A stretch of 64,000 nucleotides of DNA. Source: Acidimicrobiales bacterium. Lineage in GTDB: Bacteria; Actinomycetota; Acidimicrobiia; Acidimicrobiales; SZUA-35. Positions within the stretch are counted from its first letter, which is position 1. Each line of letters begins with the position of its first letter. Where the stretch lies: contig JAWKIO010000005.1 of NCBI GenBank assembly GCA_041394265.1, forward strand, positions 3,239,401 to 3,303,400. The letters run 5' to 3'. The notes beneath the pieces were generated by a model that worked only from the letters and a program-made list of their open reading frames with translations, had not been told where the DNA came from and made no database searches. The translations under genes and the position numbers were made by a program. Positions 57,324-64,000 of this stretch are shown piece by piece.

Positions 57324-58520
57324 GTGATCGTTGCCGCCGGGAGCGCCGAGGCCGCCCTTGCGTTCGTCGAGATCGGCGCCACGGCACTCGGTCTGGCCGT
57401 CTTGGCTCGCCTGGCCGAACGGCTCGGGATCACCGCCGTACCGCTGTACCTCCTCGCCGGTCTGGCGCTCGGTGAAGGTGGACTCGTCCAACTCGACGTG
57501 AGCGAATCGTTCATTTCGCTCGTCGCCGAGATCGGTGTGCTCTTGCTGCTCTTCACCCTGGGGTTGGAGTACTCCGATGTCGAGCTTCGCGAGGGTTTGC
57601 GAACGGGAATCGGCACCGGGATCGTCGACATGTTGGCCAACGCGCTCCCCGGTGTCGCCCTCGGACTGCTGCTCGGCTGGTCACCGCTCGCGGCGGCGTT
57701 GCTCGGCGGTGCCACCTGGGTCAGCTCGTCGGGTGTGGTCTCGAAGGTGCTCGTCGACCTGGGGCGGATCGGCTATCGGGAGACACCCGCCGTCCTGAAC
57801 GTATTGGTGATCGAGGACCTGGCAATGGCGGTGTACCTGCCGGTGGTGGCGGCGCTGATCGTTGGCGGCACGCTGCTGGCGACGCTCACGAGCGTGGCGG
57901 TCGCCCTGCTCGTGGTGACGGTGTTCCTGCTCGCTGCCCTGCGATACGGGAAGTGGTTGAGCGATGCGCTGATCGGCGGAAGCGACGAATCGTTGCTGCT
58001 TGCGGTGTTCGGCGTCACGCTGCTCATTGCCGGCGTCGCCCAGCAGCTGGAGGTATCCGGCGCGATCGGGGCGTTCCTGGTCGGGCTCGCGCTGTCGGGC
58101 AAGGCCGAGGAGCGCGCCATGGGCTTGATCTCGCCGCTTCGTGATCTGTTCGCCGCCATCTTCTTCCTGTTCTTCTCCTTCCAGGTCGACCCGGCCGATC
58201 TGGTCGGCGCGGCACTGCCGGCCATCGGGCTCGTGATCGTGACCGGCGCCACCAAGATGCTCACCGGCTGGGTTGCGGCCGGGCGGATCGGCGCGGGACG
58301 CAAGGGCAAGCTCCGTGCCGGGGCAACGCTCATCGCTCGAGGTGAGTTCTCGATCGTCATTGCTGCGCTCGGCGCCGGACTCGCCGACGGACCGGAGCTC
58401 GGTGCCCTCGTGGCCGGCTATGTGCTGCTCTCGGCGATCGCCGGCCCGCTCGCCGCCAAGTTCGTGGACCGGACGCCACGGTCGGGTGCGGCCTCCGCTC
58501 TCGCAGTCACGCGCGCCTGA
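57324..58520 (+). CDS. Cation:proton antiporter (CPA2 family, KhtU-like)
   Basis: The real part of ORF 57153..58520. GTG at 57324 is preceded by GGGAG. Polytopic membrane protein. Confidence 0.8.
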   Translation: MIVAAGSAEAALAFVEIGATALGLAVLARLAERLGITAVPLYLLAGLALGEGGLVQLDVSESFISLVAEIGVLLLLFTLGLEYSDVELREGLRTGIGTGIVDMLANALPGVALGLLLGWSPLAAALLGGATWVSSSGVVSKVLVDLGRIGYRETPAVLNVLVIEDLAMAVYLPVVAALIVGGTLLATLTSVAVALLVVTVFLLAALRYGKWLSDALIGGSDESLLLAVFGVTLLIAGVAQQLEVSGAIGAFLVGLALSGKAEERAMGLISPLRDLFAAIFFLFFSFQVDPADLVGAALPAIGLVIVTGATKMLTGWVAAGRIGAGRKGKLRAGATLIARGEFSIVIAALGAGLADGPELGALVAGYVLLSAIAGPLAAKFVDRTPRSGAASALAVTRA

Positions 58521-59421
58521 GGTACTCGTCGACGTCGTGCCGATGGGGGAGCGACGGCACCGCTCCCGCTGTGGTGGTGGCGAGGGCCCCGGCAGCGGTG
58601 GCGTAGCGGATGGCCTCGTCGAGCGGGAGCCCGGCGGCGACTTCAGCGCACAGGTTGCCGCAGAACGCGTCGCCCGCGCCCGTGGTGTCGACCGGGGTCA
58701 CGACGAACGCGTCGTGGTGGTGCGTCGTGCCGTGCGTGAACCACGTGACCCCGTTGCTTCCCTCGGTGACGATGAGCCGCTCGATGCCGAGCCGTTCCAC
58801 CTCTTCGGCTCCGCCCAGGAGCTCGAGTTCGTGCTCGTTGGGCACGACGAGGTCACAGCGGGCGACGAGCGCCGGCATCAGTTGCGCTGCGGGTGCCGGG
58901 TTCAGCACCGTGATGCTGCCGATCGCTCTCGCCGAAGCGAAGCCTCGGGCGACTGCGGACTGCGGAACCTCCAGTTGGGCAAGCGTGACCCGACCGTAGG
59001 GAAGCGGCGAGTCGTCACCGAGCGCGTCGTCCTCCCAGGCGTTGGCGCCGGGGACGACCACGATCACGTTCTCGGCGTCGTCGTCGACCGTGATGAGTGC
59101 CCGGCCGGTCGGCACGCCCGGCACGGTCTCGAGCCAACGATCGTCGATGCCCTCGGCCCTCACGACCTGACGGAGGAACACGCCCGCATCGTCGTCGCCC
59201 ACCGCGCCGACCAGCGCCACCGATGCGCCGGCCCGTGACGCGGCGACTGCCTGGTTGAGCCCCTTGCCCCCGGCGACCTGGGTGAAGCTCGAACCGATCA
59301 CGGTTTCACCCGGTCGAGGGAGCCGCGGAGTGCGAGCGACGAGGTCGACGTTCAGGCTCCCGAGCACCACGACATCGAACTCGATCGCGGCTCGGTCCGA
59401 TGGCAGTGACGGGTCGACCAT
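58507..59421 (-). CDS. rbsK: Ribokinase (PfkB family)
   Basis: The real part of ORF 58507..60729; ATG at 59421. Contains VVVLGSLNVDLV, GGKGLNQAVA, and the C-terminal DTTGAGDAF anion-hole motif. Confidence 0.85.
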   Translation of the reverse strand: MVDPSLPSDRAAIEFDVVVLGSLNVDLVARTPRLPRPGETVIGSSFTQVAGGKGLNQAVAASRAGASVALVGAVGDDDAGVFLRQVVRAEGIDDRWLETVPGVPTGRALITVDDDAENVIVVVPGANAWEDDALGDDSPLPYGRVTLAQLEVPQSAVARGFASARAIGSITVLNPAPAAQLMPALVARCDLVVPNEHELELLGGAEEVERLGIERLIVTEGSNGVTWFTHGTTHHHDAFVVTPVDTTGAGDAFCGNLCAEVAAGLPLDEAIRYATAAGALATTTAGAVPSLPHRHDVDEYLRRA

Positions 59422-59592
59422 GGCGCCAGACCGTAGCGGGTCGCCACCAGCGCGGACCGCGCAACGCGAGCGCCGAGTGAAGGCTCGTTCGACCCGAAAC
59501 CACCTGTTCACGGACGATTTGCCGGCCGTGTTGGGATGTTCGACGTCGCCGGTGCACAATCGTGCAACCGTTGTGGGCAGAAAGAGGCGCGT

Positions 59593-60321
59593 GTGGACTC
59601 CCTGGTGAAGCGAAGCTTCCTGATCCGTCGAGCGGCCGTCGTGGCCATCGGAGGTGTCGGCCTCTCCGCGATGCTTGTCGGCCCCGCCGGTGCCGAGCCG
59701 CTGATCACGGTCAACGTCGACAACGTGGCCTACGGCGAAGAGGGCGACCTCATCCCGGTTGGTTCGGCCGCCGTGCCGGCCGACGCCATCGGCCAGACCT
59801 GCTTGATCAAGGCTGAATCGATCAACCAGGAGTCGGTTCACCCCGACAACAACCTGATCATCGTCTCCGGCGATCAGACCTTCGTGATCCCCGACGTCGA
59901 GGGCGAGGCCGACCTTTTCGTCCAGTCCGAGGAGTTCGAAGAGATCGCCCCGGAGATCTCGGTCTTCATGGAGCTCGGCCCTGACGGCGTCACGAGTGGC
60001 GGGTTCGTCATCACGGTCGACTGCACCGTCGAGCCGCCGACCACCACCACGACGGCTCCGCCCACGACCACCGCCCCGCCGACCACCGGGGAACTCGATC
60101 CCGAGGGCGGCGGCGAGATCATCGACCCGACCACCACCACGGCCCCGGATCCCGCGGGTCCGGTGGCGACCCAGGCGCCGTCCACCACGGCCCCACCGCC
60201 GGCCGGCCCGACCCTGCCGGTCACCGGGTCCACCATCGGTATCTTCGCCTTCTCCGGCCTGTGGCTGCTGGCGGCGGGCGTGTTCCTCCAGCGAACGGCC
60301 GCCACGCGGCTGAGCCGCTGA
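59593..60321 (+). CDS. Secreted cell-wall-anchored protein (LPXTG sortase signal), N-terminal domain of unknown function
   Basis: ORF 59536..60321. GTG at 59593 follows AAAGAGG. Signal peptide RRAAVVAIGGVGLSAMLVGPAGA. Pro/Thr-rich linker. LPVTG, then a hydrophobic helix and a basic tail. Confidence 0.75.
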   Translation: MDSLVKRSFLIRRAAVVAIGGVGLSAMLVGPAGAEPLITVNVDNVAYGEEGDLIPVGSAAVPADAIGQTCLIKAESINQESVHPDNNLIIVSGDQTFVIPDVEGEADLFVQSEEFEEIAPEISVFMELGPDGVTSGGFVITVDCTVEPPTTTTTAPPTTTAPPTTGELDPEGGGEIIDPTTTTAPDPAGPVATQAPSTTAPPPAGPTLPVTGSTIGIFAFSGLWLLAAGVFLQRTAATRLSR

Positions 60322-60325
60322 GCAA

Positions 60326-61303
60326 TTACCGCTGGTAGACCCGGATCCAGTCGATCTCGTAGGTCGCGGGGAAGCTGGTCGAGTCGTCGGGGAGACCGGC
60401 GGCACCGCCCCCGACCGCCAGATTGAGCTTGAGATAGAACGGCTGGTCGAACGGTGCCGGCGCGGGACCGACCGTCGACGGCCACGCGTCGACCCGGTGA
60501 TACTCGACGTCGTCGACGAACCAGACGATCCGATCGGGCTCCCACACCACGGCGAACGTGTGGAAGTCGTCGTTGAAGCCGGTGCCGTGGGGCAGGAAGT
60601 ATTCGCGGTTGGCGAGTTCGTGGCCTTTCGGTCCCATCCAGTGCAAGGATCCGACCACCCGGTCGTCGGCGTGGCCGAGCGCTTCGACGATGTCGAGTTC
60701 CCCGCTGCGGGGCCAGGCGCCGTACACACTGTCGGTCGGGCTGAGCCACGCCGCAGGCCAGAGGCCGCTGCCGGAAGGGAATCGGGCTCGAACCTCGAAC
60801 CGTCCGTAGGTCCAGTCGGCGAGGCCGGATGAACGGACCATGCCCGAGGTGTAGTTCCGCGCCTCGTTGCGAGGACAGACGGTGGGCGTGTCAGTGGCGA
60901 TCAGGCGAAGCAGGCCGTCGTTCACCACGACGTTCGACGCTTGGTAGCACTGGAGCTCGCCGTTGCCGTGGCCATAGGTCGAGTGTTCGACGCTCCACTT
61001 CGAGGCGTCGAACACCTCGAACTCATCCGACCACACGAGCCGCCAACCGTCGGGTGGGCCGGAGGTCGTTGTCGGCTCCGGCGTCGACGACCTCGTGGTT
61101 TCGGCGAGCGGGACCGAGGTCGGCGGGCGGACCAGGCTGGAGGTCGTGGCCGTCGTCGCTGGTGGTGGGGCGGTCGAGGGAGCCGACGGCGCAGGGCCCG
61201 GCTCGATGGCCGAGACCACCGTGGGGCCGCCGGCGGCGAGCGCGGCGATGGTGCCGGCGGCTGCCAACACTGCGAACGCGCCATATGCAAGGCCTTGTCC
61301 CAT
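60326..61303 (-). CDS. Glycoside hydrolase family 16 (beta-glucanase/laminarinase-like), membrane-anchored or secreted
   Basis: ORF 60326..61360 begins at a GTG. ATG at 61303 gives an N-terminal hydrophobic anchor, then a Pro/Thr/Ser linker. The GH16 catalytic motif E-L-D-I-V-E is present, along with WRLVWSDEF. Confidence 0.85.
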   Translation of the reverse strand: MGQGLAYGAFAVLAAAGTIAALAAGGPTVVSAIEPGPAPSAPSTAPPPATTATTSSLVRPPTSVPLAETTRSSTPEPTTTSGPPDGWRLVWSDEFEVFDASKWSVEHSTYGHGNGELQCYQASNVVVNDGLLRLIATDTPTVCPRNEARNYTSGMVRSSGLADWTYGRFEVRARFPSGSGLWPAAWLSPTDSVYGAWPRSGELDIVEALGHADDRVVGSLHWMGPKGHELANREYFLPHGTGFNDDFHTFAVVWEPDRIVWFVDDVEYHRVDAWPSTVGPAPAPFDQPFYLKLNLAVGGGAAGLPDDSTSFPATYEIDWIRVYQR

Positions 61304-61365
61304 ACCCGCCAACTCGTCGATTCCGCCAGGAAACTTCGAGTGTAGGAAACCGATCTCCACCGGTG

Positions 61366-62220
61366 ATGAGTCATCATCAACGCATGACGTTCGTCGATGA
61401 TGAGTCCAAGGGCCTGGCCTGGCGCCAGACCGGTGACCCGGCCAACCCGGCGGTGCTGTTCCTCCACGGTCTCGGAGGAAGCCGTACTGCCTGGGACACC
61501 GTGCTGAGCGAGTTGAGCGATCGCTGGTTCTGCGTGGCGTGGGACCTTCCCGGCTACGGTCGGTCCGAGCCGATCGAGCCGCTCTCGTTCGCTGCGATCG
61601 CCGATGCCGCTGCTCGGCTGCTCGACCTCCTCACGATCGATCGAGTCGTCGTCGTCGGGCTGTCATTCGGGGGCCAGCAGGCACAGCACCTTGCGCTCGG
61701 GCACCCCGATCGGGTCGAGGCGCTCATCCTGGCGGACACCAGCGCCGTCTTCGGTGCCGACGGCACCGATGTCGAGGAGTGGAAGCGGCTTCGTCTCGAC
61801 CCCCTCGATCGCGGCGTGACGCCGGCGATGATGGCCGAAGCGGTCATCGACGCCATCACGGCCGCAGGCTTCGACGGCAGCGAGCGGGAGCGGGCCATCG
61901 AGGCGTTCGGCCGCATCCCGAGTGCCGGACTGCGCGCCGCCGTCGAGTGCCTGCCGACGCACGACACTCGCGACCGCCTGGCCGACATCGTGGCGCCGAC
62001 CCTCGTGATCGTGGGAGAACTCGACACCGAGACGCCGCGTGCGTACAGCGAGTTCCTGGCCGACTCGATTCCGGACACCCGGTTGATGGTGCTCCCGGGC
62101 GTCGGCCACCTCACGCCTAGCGAAGCTCCGAAGGCGTTCGCCGCTGCCGTGCGCGACTTCCTCCAGTCGCTCGACGGTAGTGCCGACGCTCGTCGGCGGG
62201 ATCAGTGGAACGGCAGGTAG
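61366..62220 (+). CDS. Alpha/beta hydrolase
   Basis: The real part of ORF 60829..62220. Start is ATG 61366 or 61384. Contains LFLHGLGGS and the nucleophile elbow GLSFGG. Confidence 0.8.
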   Translation: MSHHQRMTFVDDESKGLAWRQTGDPANPAVLFLHGLGGSRTAWDTVLSELSDRWFCVAWDLPGYGRSEPIEPLSFAAIADAAARLLDLLTIDRVVVVGLSFGGQQAQHLALGHPDRVEALILADTSAVFGADGTDVEEWKRLRLDPLDRGVTPAMMAEAVIDAITAAGFDGSERERAIEAFGRIPSAGLRAAVECLPTHDTRDRLADIVAPTLVIVGELDTETPRAYSEFLADSIPDTRLMVLPGVGHLTPSEAPKAFAAAVRDFLQSLDGSADARRRDQWNGR

Positions 62221-63515
62221 GTGTCGAGCTCCCACGGCGTCACGTCGTCGAGCTTGGTCTCCCAATCGGGCGTTGCCGCGACATAGCTGTCCCACTCGTG
62301 CCGCTTGATACCGACGAAATTGTCGACCAACGCTTGACCGATGGCGGTGCTCAGCTCGGTGTCGGCCTCGAGCGCGTCGAGGCCTGCCGACATCGAATCG
62401 GGAACGTGGCGCTCGGTGTTGATCGACTCGAAGCCGTCGCCGGTCTCGGGTTCGGGACACGGCAGATCGTTGGTGACGCCGAGCAACGCGGCCTGGAGTA
62501 CGGCGGCCGTTGCGATGTAGGGATTGGCGGTGCCGCCGCCGGTGCGCTGCTCGATCCGGGTGGCCGATCCCCGGTGAGGAGGAATGCGAACCGCCGCCAC
62601 ACGATGGTCGTAGCCCCAGTTGGCCCAATAGCCGGCAAGCCCGCCCGGTCGGAGACGCTTGTGTGAGTTCACGGTCGGGGCGAGGAGTGCCGACATCCCC
62701 TCGTGATGGGCGAGCAGTCCGGCGATGCACTGGCGGGCGAGGTTCGACAGGCCGTCGTGGGTCGAGGTGTCGACGAAGGCGTTGTTGCCGTCGTCGTCGG
62801 TCATCGAGAAGTTGATGTGGACGCCCGAGCCGCTCTTGTCGGTGATCGGTTTGTCGATGAACGTGAGCAGCAGGCCGTGGGCCAGCGCCGTTTCCCGGGC
62901 CAACTCCTTGAACAGGAAGATGTTGTCGATGGCTTCGAGCGCGTTGCCGTATTCGAGTGTGAGCTCGAACTGGGGGAAGTCGAACTCGGAGTTGAACGTC
63001 TCGACCGGGAGGTTGCTGGCTTCGGCGGCGAGCATCAACTCGTCGATCAGTCCGGTCGGATCCGTGAAGGGGCCGGTGCCGTAGACGAACGCCGACGGCG
63101 TGTTGAAGGGCTGCCAGCCGCCGTTGCCGTCGGGCTCCATGATGTAGGCCTCGAGCTCGATGCCGACCTTCGCGGTGTAGCCGAGGGCCTTCCAGTCGGC
63201 GATGGCCTTGCGCAGAGCGGTGCGGGCGGCGACGGGATAGAGCGCCCCGTCCTTGGTGAGGTCGGTGACGAGGACGCCGGTTCCCGGCTCCCATCCGGCG
63301 CGAGCGTCGCCGATGTCGTAGCGGGCGTCGACATCAGGGAAGCCGGTCGGATCCATCCCGCACTCGACCTCGTAGATCTCACGGTCGTAGCCCAGCAGGA
63401 AGGTGCCCACGCAGAAGGCGGTCCCACGATCGGCGACACGAGCCGGGAGGTACTTGCCGCGGGCGAGGCCGAGGTGGTCGGGCCAGAGCACCCGATAGCG
63501 AGCGAAGTTGGTCAT
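62202..63515 (-). CDS. Glutamine synthetase-family protein (gamma-glutamyl-amine ligase type)
   Basis: ORF 62202..63566. ATG at 63515 is preceded by AAGGGGA. Shows the GS catalytic-domain pattern (KPITDKSGSGVHINFS, NSHKRL) and lacks the long GSI N-terminal features. Confidence 0.8.
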   Translation of the reverse strand: MTNFARYRVLWPDHLGLARGKYLPARVADRGTAFCVGTFLLGYDREIYEVECGMDPTGFPDVDARYDIGDARAGWEPGTGVLVTDLTKDGALYPVAARTALRKAIADWKALGYTAKVGIELEAYIMEPDGNGGWQPFNTPSAFVYGTGPFTDPTGLIDELMLAAEASNLPVETFNSEFDFPQFELTLEYGNALEAIDNIFLFKELARETALAHGLLLTFIDKPITDKSGSGVHINFSMTDDDGNNAFVDTSTHDGLSNLARQCIAGLLAHHEGMSALLAPTVNSHKRLRPGGLAGYWANWGYDHRVAAVRIPPHRGSATRIEQRTGGGTANPYIATAAVLQAALLGVTNDLPCPEPETGDGFESINTERHVPDSMSAGLDALEADTELSTAIGQALVDNFVGIKRHEWDSYVAATPDWETKLDDVTPWELDTYLPFH

Positions 63516-63572
63516 GGTGGGTCCCCTTGATGCTGGTTGGTGGGTGTCGGCCCGGACGACGAGCAAACGACG

Positions 63573-64000
63573 TCAGACGAGCGGTGGCTGGAGTCGGCCG
63601 GTGTCGACCACGGTGTGGCGTCCCTCGGGTCCGTCGAGCACCACGGTGCATGATCGCATGGGCAGATCGAAGTGTCCTCGGCAGAAGCGGCCTGCCACCT
63701 CGTTGGCACCGGTGCTGTAGAGGAAGTTGCCGGCGAACGCGCGAGCTTCGGTGCCGTTGATCTGTGAGCGATCGAACATCGAGAGGGTGTCCCAACGGGC
63801 GGCGGGGTTCATTCCCCAGCCGACATGGCTCGTGGCATAGGCGTCGCGCTCGCCGAAGGACCCGAGGTAGCTGGCGAACAGCTCGGCATCGAAGGGCGCG
63901 TCGGGGTCGACCGGGCTGATGTCGTCGATGTAGTCGTCGACGATCGAGAGCCGAATGGGGGAGCGGACGTACTCACGGAAGGTCAGGTTGATGTCGCCAG
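63573..64000 (-). CDS. NicX-like 2,5-dihydroxypyridine 5,6-dioxygenase / M29-aminopeptidase-fold protein; N-terminus outside the window
   Basis: The frame stays open up to the window end. The hand-translated C-terminal part ...YATSHVGWGMNPAARW...EARAFAGNFLYSTGANEVAGRFCRGHFDLPMRSC closely parallels my memory of the Pseudomonas NicX C-terminus (SHIGWGL...DARAFYGNFLFSTGPN...CHMDIPLRNC). Confidence 0.65.
   Translation of the reverse strand, partial: GDINLTFREYVRSPIRLSIVDDYIDDISPVDPDAPFDAELFASYLGSFGERDAYATSHVGWGMNPAARWDTLSMFDRSQINGTEARAFAGNFLYSTGANEVAGRFCRGHFDLPMRSCTVVLDGPEGRHTVVDTGRLQPPLV

Noticed and set aside
60040-60200. Apparent low-complexity CCGACCACC-type repeats here and at about 61080-61200.
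   Set aside because: These are coding Pro/Thr/Ser-rich linkers of the LPXTG protein and the GH16 enzyme. They are imperfect and codon-level, not discrete tandem DNA repeats.

Overview
High-GC, gene-dense chromosomal segment. The gene content looks like Actinomycetota, possibly Acidimicrobiia-like; that placement is inference only. I can support about 56 protein-coding genes, one tRNA-Gly(GCC), several hairpin terminators and several candidate operators. I saw no rRNA, CRISPR array, transposase, integrase or phage gene. Most genes are ordinary metabolism: fatty-acid oxidation, amidases and hydrolases, two GH65 phosphorylases (one with a beta-phosphoglucomutase), murA, metX, an Fpg/Nei glycosylase, two sulfatases, an aromatic or N-heterocycle type cluster, ACC deaminase, PFOR, a K+/H+ antiporter pair, ribokinase and a GH16 glucanase. 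Many long ORFs in the supplied track are Arg/Pro/Gly-rich antisense or out-of-frame artefacts of high GC. Several real genes start well inside the longest ORF, and I re-picked those starts by eye, so starts are less certain than stops. I found no clear multi-gene system of a new kind. The observations most worth a second look are these. (1) A structured intergenic repeat of about 109 bp, built from four copies of a 23-bp unit (two direct, two inverted). It occurs three times, always just 3' of minus-strand genes, and two copies bracket an SDR gene next to tRNA-Gly. (2) An orphan gamma-class (NPPF) N6-adenine DNA methyltransferase that abuts or overlaps a DEAD-box helicase gene upstream and metX downstream. 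It carries a recently expanded in-frame 24-bp tandem repeat at its 5' end. (3) A sulfatase paralog with a non-canonical C-S-L-T-R active-site motif. (4) A molybdopterin hydroxylase large subunit with no Fe-S or FAD partner genes nearby. (5) Several perfect palindromes and duplicated hairpins in intergenic DNA. All functional calls come from motif recognition by eye. No database search was run.
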